NCBI GenBank assembly: GCA_040222015.1
Contig: JAVJWO010000127.1
Coordinates: 1 to 24,633 of the forward strand
Direction: 5' to 3'
Source: Coleofasciculus chthonoplastes F2-STO-03
GTDB taxonomy: Bacteria > Cyanobacteriota > Cyanobacteriia > Cyanobacteriales > Coleofasciculaceae
DNA length: 24,633 nt
The notes under the pieces are model-generated. The model was given only the letters and a program-made list of their open reading frames with translations. It had not been told where the DNA came from and ran no database searches. Position numbers and translations under genes: made by a program. This document shows positions 8,075 through 17,863 of the stretch, piece after piece; position 1 is the stretch's first letter, and every line of letters begins with the position of its first letter.

Positions 8075-9682
8075 ATGACATACCCTAAAAAACAGCCAAT
8101 TTCCCCGATGCAGCTTAAACGTCAACGACGGGGAGAGCTAGCGGCGTTATTGCTAGCCACTTTGTTGCTGCTCTTTTTTCCCGTTAGAGTTCTTGCTCAA
8201 GATACTGAAACCTCTGAGGGTTTCCTGAATGCAATCGACAGTGTATTCTCGGCAATCGTCGCTGTCTTGTTTAAGTTTCTCTTCTACGACATCGGTGGTT
8301 TTCCACTGATTGTGCTGTGGTTGATTGTGGCAGGTATTTTCTTTACGCTTCGCTTGGGCTTTATCAATCTCCGTGCCTTTAAACATGCGATTGATGTGGT
8401 AAGGGGTAGGTATGATGACCCAGAGGAAGAGGGACAAGTCTCTCATTTTCAGGCGCTGGCGACAGCTTTGTCGGGAACGGTGGGATTAGGCAACATTGCT
8501 GGCGTGGCTGTGGCAATCCAGGTGGGAGGTCCAGGCGCTATGTTTTGGCTGACACTGGCGGGTTTTTTGGGGATGACGACTAAGCTAGTGGAATGTACCC
8601 TAGGACTAAAATACCGCATCGAACGACCCGATGGTACAGTCGCTGGGGGACCGGCTTATACGCTCTCTCGCGGGTTAAGGAACATGGGGTTTGGTCCTCT
8701 GGGAAAAGGATTAGGAATTATTTTTTCCGTGCTGGCGATTTTTGGTTCGATGGGCGGCGCGAATATGTTCCAGTCTAACCAAGCCGCCATCGCCTTTGTG
8801 GGTACATTTCCGGGGATGCAGGGATGGATCGTCGGTCTGGTTTTGGCAGTATTAACCGCGATTGTGATTATTGGTGGGATTGAGCGAATTGCTTCGACGA
8901 CGGGGTTGCTGGTGCCAGCTATGGCGGTGATTTATATCTTGGGGTGTCTGTGGATTGTGGTGGTGAATTTGCCCCAAGTTCCTGCCGCGATCGCGACAAT
9001 TATTAGCCAAGCTTTTGTCCCAGAAGCGCTTGAAGGCGGTATTGAAGGCGGTATTATTGTCGTTATCGTGCAAGGGGTGCGGCGCAGTGCTTTCTCCAAT
9101 GAAGCGGGAATTGGTTCAGCCGCGATCGCGCACTCAGCAGCTCGTACTGATGAACCTGTGCGGGAAGGGATTGTTGCTCTCCTCGAACCGTTTATTGATA
9201 CGATCATCATCTGTAACATGACTGGAATCATGATTGTCCTAACTGGTGTCTATCAAGATACCGGCGAAGCGATCGATGGTTCGCAGATGACACTGAATGC
9301 CTTTGGCACCGTTAGTGACTGGTTCCCGATTGTGCTCACGATCGCGATTTTCCTGTTTGCCTTCTCCACGATTATTTCTTGGAGTTATTACGGCGAGATT
9401 TCTTGGCAATATCTTTTTGGTCAACGCACCATTATCATCTACAAGCTGATTTTTGTCGCCTGCGTGTTTATTGGTGCGGTTGTCACTCCCGGTGCGGTGA
9501 TTGATTTTAGCGATTTAACCCTGCTGATGATGGCACTTCCCAACTTAATTGGTGCTTATTTTCTCTCCAATGAGGTGGCGGCAGACATCAAAGATTATAT
9601 GGAGCGGCTGCGTTCGGGGCAAATGCCAACTTATGCAGAGAAGCTCGCCACTCTGGAAGATCCCCACCAAGCTGGAAACTAA
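8075..9682 (+). CDS. Alanine/glycine:cation symporter (AgcS/AlsT family)
   Basis: FQALATALSGTVGLGNIAGVA, GGPGAMFW, FSNEAGIGSA and EPFIDT, with many TM helices. Confidence 0.93.
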   Translation: MTYPKKQPISPMQLKRQRRGELAALLLATLLLLFFPVRVLAQDTETSEGFLNAIDSVFSAIVAVLFKFLFYDIGGFPLIVLWLIVAGIFFTLRLGFINLRAFKHAIDVVRGRYDDPEEEGQVSHFQALATALSGTVGLGNIAGVAVAIQVGGPGAMFWLTLAGFLGMTTKLVECTLGLKYRIERPDGTVAGGPAYTLSRGLRNMGFGPLGKGLGIIFSVLAIFGSMGGANMFQSNQAAIAFVGTFPGMQGWIVGLVLAVLTAIVIIGGIERIASTTGLLVPAMAVIYILGCLWIVVVNLPQVPAAIATIISQAFVPEALEGGIEGGIIVVIVQGVRRSAFSNEAGIGSAAIAHSAARTDEPVREGIVALLEPFIDTIIICNMTGIMIVLTGVYQDTGEAIDGSQMTLNAFGTVSDWFPIVLTIAIFLFAFSTIISWSYYGEISWQYLFGQRTIIIYKLIFVACVFIGAVVTPGAVIDFSDLTLLMMALPNLIGAYFLSNEVAADIKDYMERLRSGQMPTYAEKLATLEDPHQAGN

Positions 9683-9864
9683 TACATTCCGACAAAATTT
9701 TAGTTTTTTCGGTTGTCGGGGCGGGTTTTACTACTATCATTTATATGCCGTCCAGATGTCACTAAACCCGCCCTGATTTCAAAGATAAATTCAGCACAAT
9801 ATTCAGGGTAATCGCTTCCATTCACACAAGCTACACGGAAATGAACAATTAACAATTAATAATT

Positions 9865-10290
9865 ATGAGCTGGCTAAAAAAGAACGATGTGCTTGTACCG
9901 ACTGATTTCTCGGATATATCCTTTACAGCACTTGCTCCGGCTTTAGAGTTTGTCGAAGACATATCTCATTTGCATGTCATCCACGTTCTACTGCCTTTGA
10001 GTGCAGTCGATCCCGGTACAATATGGAAAACGGTTACCTCAGAATCTCGACAAAACAACGCTCAATCTGTTCTGAAAAACAAGCTGAGTGAACTGGGGTA
10101 TGCAGGAGTACAGCATCAGGTTTCAATTGGGACTCCTAGTCATGAAATTGTGGACTATGCGAAAGAAAAAGGAATTGAATTAATTGTCATGCCTACCCAC
10201 GGACACACAGGTGTCAAGCGGGTTTTGATGGGTTCTGTGGCTGAGCAAGTGGTGCGGCTGTCTCCTTGTCCGGTGTTGTTACTCCGTTGA
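9865..10290 (+). CDS. Universal stress protein (UspA family)
   Basis: VLVPTDFS, LIVMPTHGHTG and LMGSVAEQVVRLSPCPVL. Confidence 0.95.
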   Translation: MSWLKKNDVLVPTDFSDISFTALAPALEFVEDISHLHVIHVLLPLSAVDPGTIWKTVTSESRQNNAQSVLKNKLSELGYAGVQHQVSIGTPSHEIVDYAKEKGIELIVMPTHGHTGVKRVLMGSVAEQVVRLSPCPVLLLR

Positions 10291-10407
10291 GGGGGTAGAA
10301 GGGTATCAGGATGGAAGGATTAACTCTCGCGATCGCAGGGGGTGATCTGGAAATGTTAAGCTGTAATTAGAAGCCGTTTTAATCAATCCCTATTTGGTAA
10401 AGAGTTC

Positions 10408-10680
10408 ATGCCTAGAGCGAAAGTACAGTTCACGTCTCATCAGAATTGTCATCCCAATTATGCTAATGTGGCTTTAGTTAATCCCCTGGATGATGATATA
10501 ATTATTGACTTTGGATTTGTAGACCCTCTTGGGTTCAGAGAGTTAAGACAAACTTCCGAAGAAGAGATTGCTGTTGAGTCTAAACCTCTAGCCCGTTTGA
10601 TTGTTAGTCCCACGATAGCCAAACAATTGATTGATGATCTTCAAGAAGCGTTAAATCTCACTAGTGAAAAGGAGGAATAA
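10408..10680 (+). CDS. DUF3467-like small protein
   Basis: YANVALV...DIIIDFG...ARLIVSPTIAKQLIDDL matches the recalled DUF3467 pattern (YAN...DF...R..MSP..AK.L). Confidence 0.7.
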   Translation: MPRAKVQFTSHQNCHPNYANVALVNPLDDDIIIDFGFVDPLGFRELRQTSEEEIAVESKPLARLIVSPTIAKQLIDDLQEALNLTSEKEE

Positions 10681-10682
10681 AA

Positions 10683-11213
10683 ATGCAATCTAATAAATTA
10701 CTCAGTGATATTCATGGTAATAGATGTAAAATTTATGAGGATATTTTTAAGTATCGGAATATTGAAAGTAAGAGTTATCAATATTTGCAAAAGGATGTAT
10801 ATTGCAACAGTCAACCAAAACAGACAAAAGAAACATTTATTGTCCCACATATACGCTCAATAAAATCACTAGGTAATTCTGTTTTTAGAGCAGTTTCAGG
10901 CAAAAAGGATAGTTTATTAAGATATGACGATACAGATAATCTGGATAAGCTATCTGCCTACCCAGAACCGAATTTTGTTGAATACATGGAACATCAAAGT
11001 CATCTTTTTGAAAAGAAAAGAAAAGAGTTGTTGAATCAGTATGAGGGTATGTATGTAATCTTTGAAGATGGACAGGTTCTGGATGCAGATAAAGACGAAG
11101 CCGCTTTAGTAAAACGAGCTTACTCAGAAACTGGACCAAGACACCTATTTATCAAAAAGGTTCTTACTGAAGATCCGAAGTTGACAATTAACGTTCCATC
11201 TCTGTCTAAATAA
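10683..11213 (+). CDS. Protein with a C-terminal DUF5678-like domain and an ~100-aa N-terminal extension
   Basis: FEKKRKELLNQYEGMYVIFEDGQVLDADKDEAALVKRAY...LFIKKV. SD AGGAGG lies in the 3' end of the upstream gene. Confidence 0.7.
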   Translation: MQSNKLLSDIHGNRCKIYEDIFKYRNIESKSYQYLQKDVYCNSQPKQTKETFIVPHIRSIKSLGNSVFRAVSGKKDSLLRYDDTDNLDKLSAYPEPNFVEYMEHQSHLFEKKRKELLNQYEGMYVIFEDGQVLDADKDEAALVKRAYSETGPRHLFIKKVLTEDPKLTINVPSLSK

Positions 11214-11226
11214 TAGTTGAGTTTCA

Positions 11227-11628
11227 GTGGGGTCTTACAATTACACTTCTTTGGGAGAAGGAAAACCCAATGCTCCTCTTATAACAGTGCAACTAGCATC
11301 CCTTGACAAAACAGAGCCTAAAAAAGTCAATGGGAGGGCGTTTCTGGATACAGGTTCAGATATTACGCTAGTTCCCTTGGATGCACTCGCTAAAATTGGT
11401 GCAAAATTTGCCCGTAATGTGGATGTTTATGGGGTGGGTGGCAATAAAACAACTGTATATGCTTCCTATGTTGCTTTTACAATGGATAACTATACTTTGC
11501 CTCTTGTTGTTGTTTATGGTTGTCCGATTGAAGCAACTGGCGGCGATGTCATCGTTGGACGAGACTTGCTTAACCAATACTGCATCCAGTTCGATGGATT
11601 GAAACAGACCTTTAGTTTTATCTATTAA
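11227..11628 (+). CDS. Retropepsin-like (clan AA) aspartic protease
   Basis: Catalytic AFLDTGSDIT, flap YGVGG and IVGRDLL. Single 133-aa domain with a GTG start. Confidence 0.9.
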   Translation: MGSYNYTSLGEGKPNAPLITVQLASLDKTEPKKVNGRAFLDTGSDITLVPLDALAKIGAKFARNVDVYGVGGNKTTVYASYVAFTMDNYTLPLVVVYGCPIEATGGDVIVGRDLLNQYCIQFDGLKQTFSFIY

Positions 11629-11682
11629 ATCATTTTTGATTGACGAGTGCAGCTTGACGGAAATAATTCATCCGCGAAAGAC

Positions 11683-11742
11683 GGGGCGGGTTTAGTTACA
11701 TCTGGGTGCAACCGAAAAGATAGTCGTGAAACCCGCCCCTAC
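11683..11742. repeat. GTAG-type REP-like inverted repeat (GGGGCGGGTTT...AAACCCGCCCCTAC)
   Basis: The same arms occur at ~96-157, 7398-7460 (degenerate), 9715-9776 and 17705-17768. Confidence 0.85.
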
Positions 11743-11783
11743 ACCCCTCATGCCACACCAATGCGCTTCCTTAAACTATTTTC

Positions 11784-11808
11784 TATAATGTATGTAACAT
11801 TTCTTAAC
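11784..11808 (+). promoter_or_regulatory. Putative nblB -10 box and adjacent HLR1-like (RpaB) site
   Basis: TATAAT at 11784-11789. The minus strand of 11791-11808 reads GTTAAGAA-AT-GTTACATA, with one half-site perfect. Confidence 0.4.
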
Positions 11809-11823
11809 GATAAGGGGAAGCGG

Positions 11824-12504
11824 ATGGATTATCCTAACTTAGCGCAAATTTCAGATCAGCTAGAGAGTGCTAACTCCCGCGATCGCATGGTGGCGCTAGC
11901 CCACCTCCGTAACGTACCCGCAGAGGAGGCTGTGCCTTTAATCAAGAAGGTTTTAGATGATCCCAGTTTACAAGTGCGATCGATGGCAGTCTTTGCCTTA
12001 GGGGTGAAGCAGACGGACGAATGCTACCCTATTTTGGTGAAACTACTCGAAACTGACCCTGACTATGGCATTCGCGCTGATGCCGCCGGAGCCTTAGGAT
12101 ATCTAGAAGACGCCAGAGCCTTTGAATCGTTAGTCCGGACATTCTATGAAGATACGCAATGGTTAGTTCGGTTCAGCGCGGCTGTCGCATTAGGCAATAT
12201 AAAAGATCCCCGCGCCCGTCAAGTTCTCACTAAAGCACTCGATAGTGAAGAAATCGTGGTGCAACAGGCGGCTATCTCCGCATTGGGTGAAATTAAAGCC
12301 ATAGAAGCCGTGGATGATATCTTGCGCTTTGCTCAATCCCCCGATTGGTTAGTGCGCCAACGATTAGCTGAAGCCCTGGGGAACCTACCCACGGACAAAA
12401 GCCAGTCGGCGTTAAAATTCTTAGCAAAAGACAGCCATTCCCAAGTTGCCCAAGCTGCATCTATCTCCCTGAACCGCTTGCAAGAGGCGACAAAGCCAGC
12501 CTAA
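11824..12504 (+). CDS. nblB: Phycobilisome degradation protein NblB (PBS-lyase HEAT repeats)
   Basis: LESANSRDRMVALAHLR, VRSMAVFALG, DPDYGIRADAAGALGYL and WLVRFSAAVALGN. Start moved to ATG 11824 because the upstream extension crosses a REP. Confidence 0.85.
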   Translation: MDYPNLAQISDQLESANSRDRMVALAHLRNVPAEEAVPLIKKVLDDPSLQVRSMAVFALGVKQTDECYPILVKLLETDPDYGIRADAAGALGYLEDARAFESLVRTFYEDTQWLVRFSAAVALGNIKDPRARQVLTKALDSEEIVVQQAAISALGEIKAIEAVDDILRFAQSPDWLVRQRLAEALGNLPTDKSQSALKFLAKDSHSQVAQAASISLNRLQEATKPA

Positions 12505-12616
12505 ACCTCTGCCCATGGCTTTCCCAGAAGCCATGAACAATCAACAATGAACCATAAACAAGCCAGGAGAACGATAAAATCAATTAAAGCTTTGTTAACG
12601 TGAAACGTCTGACTTC

Positions 12617-13177
12617 ATGGATATAAAAGAATTTTTTGAGCAGAGTGCTGGTCGATGGTTTTCGCAGCGTACCAGTCATCATCTGGCATTTAAGCAAGCT
12701 GAAAATGGCAAATCCAATATTACGATTGAAATGATCGCGGCTGATGCGCCGGAAGTCGTTCAGCTATGCCAACAGTATGAGGTTGATCCAGATTCAGCTA
12801 TCTGTGGTGCCAGAGTGACGTGGGATGGCACAATGGACTGGGATGAAGAAAAGCATCAAGGCTCAACGGTGCTGGTGCCAGTTGCTGATCCCGATAAGCC
12901 CAATGAAGGGAAGCTATTGCGGGAAATGGGCTATGCGGAGAAAGCCCCGGTAGCGGGTCGCTATATTATGGGAGATGATCAGGCGCTGACCTTAATTACC
13001 GACTACGAAACCATGTATTCTGAGGAGCGTTTGTGGTTTGCTAGTCCTAACTTACGGCTACGGACAAGCATTTTGAAGCGATTTGGCGGCTTTAGCATGG
13101 CGTCTCTGTCTTCAGAAATTCGCATGGGTGTGACTAAACCCCCGCAAGAATCACAAGATGCGGCGGCAAAGACTTAA
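12617..13177 (+). CDS. cpcS: CpcS/CpeS-family phycobiliprotein lyase
   Basis: [28 protein letters not shown] and [14 protein letters not shown]. Confidence 0.9.
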   Translation: MDIKEFFEQSAGRWFSQRTSHHLAFKQAENGKSNITIEMIAADAPEVVQLCQQYEVDPDSAICGARVTWDGTMDWDEEKHQGSTVLVPVADPDKPNEGKLLREMGYAEKAPVAGRYIMGDDQALTLITDYETMYSEERLWFASPNLRLRTSILKRFGGFSMASLSSEIRMGVTKPPQESQDAAAKT

Positions 13178-13339
13178 TCTAGGATCTGCTGAATAAGTGT
13201 TGTGATGGGAGCTGGGGGAGCTGGGGGAGTAGGACAGATGGTAAAAGGTTTAGGAGTAAATCTGTCCTAATTTTGATTGGGATAGTAGGGGCAATTTATC
13301 AATTGTCCCTACAGATTAGAGTGCCTCTACATTGCCAAA

Positions 13340-14197
13340 TTAACTGTTAGGTGGATTACCCATGGAGTTAATGTCCTCAATCGGTAAACCTAAAGCTTCT
13401 GCTATTTGATTGGCGGTTAATCCCATAGCAAATAATTTGGGAATAGCTTCTGTTCGGGCAAGTTCTGCTTGTTCAGCCCGGTGTCTTTCTTGTTCAGCCC
13501 GTTGTCTTTCTTGTTCAGCTCTCTCACTTCCAGTTAGGAGTAAATTCCCCTCACTATCCCACCAGCGCAACCAAATTTGAGTTTGATTTTGATAGGTTCC
13601 CTGTAGTAGTCCCAATTCTATACCTAAAGGTTCAATGGGATAATGGTTTCGCCGATTAGGGTTCATCGGGCTGTAGGAACCATTAACGAAGTGATAAACC
13701 TCTAACTGGTTCGTCTTGATTTCAAAAATACCATAGTAAGGAATCCGGAGAATCTGCTCATAAACCCAAAACTTACCGGGTTTCGTTTTTTCTCCTTGGG
13801 ATGAACGGGATAATGGCGTGCGATCGCGCTCTTCGGAACCATCGCCACTGGCAAATTCTAAAGCAATCATTGGCGCGATAAATTCGTGCCAGATTACATA
13901 AGAACGGCGAATTTGACCGTCTAATTTCGGGGGAACATTAGGCACATAAAACCAATCGGGAGCTTCTGCTCCTTTTTCGGGAGGTTCTGTTTGTCGCCAG
14001 TAGATGCCACAATCTTGTCCAATGGCATATTGTCCGTCGGGATGAATTCTTTCTAGAATCGGTCCGAGGGAGTCGGTAAGAATAAGGCTTTGGGGATGCT
14101 CCTGGAAGTTCTTCACGAATTCGCCATTTGATTCAGGGAGTTGGGTATGATTCGGGAACGGAGGAGGTAGAACATTGGGTTCTAGGCTCTGAGTCAT
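13340..14197 (-). CDS. Uma2 (DUF820) family endonuclease-fold protein
   Basis: LPESNG, APDWFYVP, ALEFAS, KFWVYEQILRIPYYGIF and WLRWWD, plus an AEQERQR coiled-coil tail. Confidence 0.92.
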   Translation of the reverse strand: MTQSLEPNVLPPPFPNHTQLPESNGEFVKNFQEHPQSLILTDSLGPILERIHPDGQYAIGQDCGIYWRQTEPPEKGAEAPDWFYVPNVPPKLDGQIRRSYVIWHEFIAPMIALEFASGDGSEERDRTPLSRSSQGEKTKPGKFWVYEQILRIPYYGIFEIKTNQLEVYHFVNGSYSPMNPNRRNHYPIEPLGIELGLLQGTYQNQTQIWLRWWDSEGNLLLTGSERAEQERQRAEQERHRAEQAELARTEAIPKLFAMGLTANQIAEALGLPIEDINSMGNPPNS

Positions 14198-14282
14198 GGG
14201 AATTGCATCGGCGATCAGGTTGCCCTATTATAACTTTCCTGATAATGAATCCCGGCAACGGGATTGAAAGTTTAGAGTTGAT

Positions 14283-14351
14283 GGTGGGTTACGGCGGATA
14301 CCTGATTAAACGGTTCCTTTCCTAATTGAATACCCGCCTAACCCACCCTAC
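14283..14351. repeat. REP-like inverted repeat GGTGGGTTACGGCGG...CCGCCTAACCCACCCTAC
   Basis: Near-identical arms recur at 19210-19278. Confidence 0.85.
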
Positions 14352-14398
14352 AGGCTACGGGCGACTATCCAATTAAATCACATAAAATACGTGACAGT

Positions 14399-16555
14399 TT
14401 ACCTCTGTTGCGCCGCCCGCATGGATAAGCCAATTCGCTTCAACTTCTCATCCACAGACATAACTCGCACATTTACAACTTGTCCCACTTTGACAATTTC
14501 TTTGGGATCTTCCACAAATCGATCCGCCAGTTGGGAAATATGCACCAACCCATCCTGATGCACGCCAATATCGACAAAGGCACCAAAATTCGCCACATTC
14601 GTGACAATTCCTTCTAATTCCATCCCCACTTTTAGATCAGACATTTCCTTGACGCCTTCCTTAAATGTGGCATATTTAAACTCAGCACGGGGATCTCGTC
14701 CGGGTTTTTCTAATTCCCGGATAATGTCTTTCAGGGTGGGTAAGCCAACGGTATCCGTCACATATTTCTTTAAATCAATAGATTTGAGCCGATCTGCGGC
14801 TTTAGGAATTTGTTTTAAGGGAACCCCAATATCCTTCGCGATCGCTTCCACGACTGGATAACTCTCTGGATGTACGGCGGTATTGTCTAAGGGGTTATCG
14901 CCACCCCGAATTCTCAGGAATCCGGCGGATTGTTCAAAGGCTTTGGGTCCTAATTTGGCTACCTTCAGCAGACGGCGGCGATTGGGGAATGCGCCATTTT
15001 CATTCCGATAGGTGACGATATTTTTGGCAATAGTGGGAGTTAAACCTGACACAAAGGTTAACAACTCTTTCGACGCCGTATTCAGATCCACACCGACATA
15101 GTTTACACAGCTTTCTACGGTGTCATCCAGCTTCTTTCTCAATAACTTTTGATCCACATCATGCTGGTATTGTCCCACACCAATGGATTTCGGATCAATT
15201 TTCACCAATTCCGCCAAAGGATCTTGTAAACGGCGTCCAATACTAATCGCCCCGCGCACCGTAACATCTTGATCCGGAAATTCTTCTCGCGCTACATCAC
15301 TGGCGGAATAGACAGACGCACCCGATTCATTGACAATCACGCTAATCGGTTTACGTTCCAGGGTTTTAATTACTTCTCCGACAAATTCATCGGTTTCACG
15401 AGATGCTGTACCATTGCCGATCGCGATTAATTCGATCTGGTATTTTTCGATCAAGGTTTTGACTGTGGTAGCCGCTTGGGTGGGTTTTCCGGTATGGGGA
15501 AAAATGGTTTGGTATTCCATAAACTTCCCCGTTTCATTTAATACCGCAACTTTACACCCTGTCCGCAATCCTGGATCAATGGCTAAGGTGGGTTTCATTC
15601 CGGCTGGGGGAGAAAGCAGGAGTTCTCGCAAATTGGTTTCAAAGGTTTTAATCGATTCAAAATCTGCATAGGCTTTACGATCTGTCCGCACTTCCGTAAT
15701 TAGGGAATTTTTCATCAAACGGTTAAAGCCATCATGCAGCAGATCCCGATAGAACTTCCGCACCTCTGGAATTTTGGTGCGAATGGTTGCTGATTCTAAA
15801 TACGACTGGACAAACTCTTGATCAAAATCCAGATTCAGGGTTAAGATTCCCTCACTCTCTCCCCGAAATAATGCCAACATATTATGCGGCGCAATATCCT
15901 TTGCTTTAATTTGGAAATTGCGGTACATTTCATATTTGGTGCTGCCTTCAGGATAATCGTCTTTAATCTTGGAGACAAATCGCCCATTTTTCATTAAATA
16001 GTCGCGCAGGTATGCTCGAAATTCGGCGGTTTCGGCGACTTCTTCCGCCAAGATGTCAGACGCTCCTTTGAGTGCATCGGCGGCAGTTTTTACGCCCTTT
16101 TCTTCGTCAATATAATTGGCGGCTTCTGCTTCTAAGGAGACGGGTTTGGCGGTGGGGATATTCAGGGATTTAATAAATTCAGCTAGAGGTTCTAATCCTT
16201 TTTCCCGCGCAACGGTGGCTCTAGTGCGACGCTTGGGGCGATAAGGGAGGTAAAGGTCTTCTAACTCATTTTTCTGGAAACAGGAATCGATTTTCGCTTT
16301 CAGTTCATCCGTCAGTTTCCCTTGAGACGCGATCTCCTCCAGAATCGTGGCTTTGCGTGCTTCTAGTTCACTAAGGTAGGCGTAGCGTTCTGCGATCGCG
16401 CGAATTTGGGTTTCATCCAGAGAACCGGTTCGTTCTTTACGATAACGGGAAATAAAGGGAATCGTGGCTCCCTCGGCTAAAAGAGACAGGGTATTTTCCA
16501 CCTGATGGGCCCAGAGGGAAAGCTCTTGTGCTAGGACGGAGGGAATATTCAGCAT
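14399..16555 (-). CDS. tex: Tex-family RNA-binding transcriptional accessory protein
   Basis: GATIPFISRYRKE, LEDLYLPY, AIDPGLRTGCK, DPKSIGVGQYQHDV and a C-terminal S1 domain. Start is ATG 16555 or 16576; the latter lies in a heptamer repeat. Confidence 0.95.
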   Translation of the reverse strand: MLNIPSVLAQELSLWAHQVENTLSLLAEGATIPFISRYRKERTGSLDETQIRAIAERYAYLSELEARKATILEEIASQGKLTDELKAKIDSCFQKNELEDLYLPYRPKRRTRATVAREKGLEPLAEFIKSLNIPTAKPVSLEAEAANYIDEEKGVKTAADALKGASDILAEEVAETAEFRAYLRDYLMKNGRFVSKIKDDYPEGSTKYEMYRNFQIKAKDIAPHNMLALFRGESEGILTLNLDFDQEFVQSYLESATIRTKIPEVRKFYRDLLHDGFNRLMKNSLITEVRTDRKAYADFESIKTFETNLRELLLSPPAGMKPTLAIDPGLRTGCKVAVLNETGKFMEYQTIFPHTGKPTQAATTVKTLIEKYQIELIAIGNGTASRETDEFVGEVIKTLERKPISVIVNESGASVYSASDVAREEFPDQDVTVRGAISIGRRLQDPLAELVKIDPKSIGVGQYQHDVDQKLLRKKLDDTVESCVNYVGVDLNTASKELLTFVSGLTPTIAKNIVTYRNENGAFPNRRRLLKVAKLGPKAFEQSAGFLRIRGGDNPLDNTAVHPESYPVVEAIAKDIGVPLKQIPKAADRLKSIDLKKYVTDTVGLPTLKDIIRELEKPGRDPRAEFKYATFKEGVKEMSDLKVGMELEGIVTNVANFGAFVDIGVHQDGLVHISQLADRFVEDPKEIVKVGQVVNVRVMSVDEKLKRIGLSMRAAQQR

Positions 16556-16567
16556 CGGGTCTTTGTT

Positions 16568-16597
16568 ATTCGTCATTCGTCATTTGTCATTCGTCAT
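16568..16597. repeat. Heptamer tandem repeat (ATTCGTC/ATTTGTC), STRR-like
   Basis: attcgtc attcgtc atttgtc attcgtc at. A similar tract lies at 22882-22906. Confidence 0.8.
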
Positions 16598-17011
16598 CCT
16601 CACGAAGCGCCAAGTAAGCTATGTTTATGTAAAAGGCAGAAGAGCAGAAGATGGCAAGGTAAAAGAAAATAAGAGGATGATCACTTCCAGTGTAGCGATC
16701 GCGAACCGATCCGTTTACCCAACACCCGGCTGGGAAAACAAAGCAACTCCAGCCCAATCAGTTTCAGGTAAAACGCCTGCCTGTATCGCGCAAACAGTCG
16801 AATTTTATGCCATAACAGTAAGCATTGCAGTTTCAGCCGCACGGTGAATTCCCTGGATAGCATCATTCTGTTGAGGGTGTCTTAATTTCCGATGATTACT
16901 GTTGTACCGCAAAAAATGCCCAGGCGCGATCGCAAAAACGCCAACCGCCCCACTAGATTCATGCGATAATGCACAGGATACCCGGTGGACTTGCACTTCA
17001 CATCATGACTT

Positions 17012-17671
17012 ATGCTCAGACAACTTGGTTTTTGGATACTCTGGGTCAGCTTTCTCGCTTATGCCTTTCTGTTTGCGCCTCCCCAGCAACCCGATACCTT
17101 TGACCTGATTACCAATCTTTCCACAGGTAACTGGGACGGGATTAATCCCTTAATTATTGCCCTATTCAACATCATGGGCATACTACCGCTAGCATACGCC
17201 TGCTTTGTGTTTATTGATGGACGAGGGCAAAAAATCCCCGCGTGGCTGTTTGCTACCGCCTCCTTTGGTGTGGGAGCGTTTGCTTTACTTCCCTATCTCG
17301 CCTTGCGTCAACCCAATCCCGAATTTCCCGGTTCAAAAACTATCGTCCTGAGTATTCTGGATTCCCGTTGGTTAGGTGCTGTTCTCACCCTCGGCACCTT
17401 GGTATTACTAGGATTTGGCATCCTCAACGGCGATTGGACAAACTTTATCCAGCAGTGGCAAACCAGCCGCTTTATCCATGTGATGAGCCTGGACTTTTGC
17501 CTATTGTGCTTGCTTTTCCCGGCACTGGTGGGTGATGATATGGCACGACGCGGCATAAATAATCCCACCCTATTTTGGGCAGTGTCCCTGGTACCGTTAA
17601 TCGGTTCGCTAGTCTATCTGTGTCTGCGTCCTCCTCTTCCCAACACCGAGGAAGCCATAGCAACAGCTTAA
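17012..17671 (+). CDS. DUF2834-like integral membrane protein
   Basis: About 6-7 hydrophobic helices. SFGVGAFALLPYLALR, FIHVMSLDF and DDMARRG. Confidence 0.75.
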   Translation: MLRQLGFWILWVSFLAYAFLFAPPQQPDTFDLITNLSTGNWDGINPLIIALFNIMGILPLAYACFVFIDGRGQKIPAWLFATASFGVGAFALLPYLALRQPNPEFPGSKTIVLSILDSRWLGAVLTLGTLVLLGFGILNGDWTNFIQQWQTSRFIHVMSLDFCLLCLLFPALVGDDMARRGINNPTLFWAVSLVPLIGSLVYLCLRPPLPNTEEAIATA

Positions 17672-17863
17672 ACTTTAGCAGATTCTCAGCAAAAATTAAT
17701 GGGTGTAGGGGCGGGTTTTACAGATAACCTCTGTCGAAGTCTGATAACTTGACTAAACCCGCCCCGACTTGATCCTTCGCTTCCCTTGTCGGAAATCTGA
17801 CTTTTCAAAAGAAGTCTAAAAACCCGAGTTGGGACATAAGACCAATGACAAACAACAAACACT

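Noticed and set aside
11647..11823. N-terminal extension of NblB
   Set aside because: It translates a REP and promoter region. Family similarity begins at ATG 11824.
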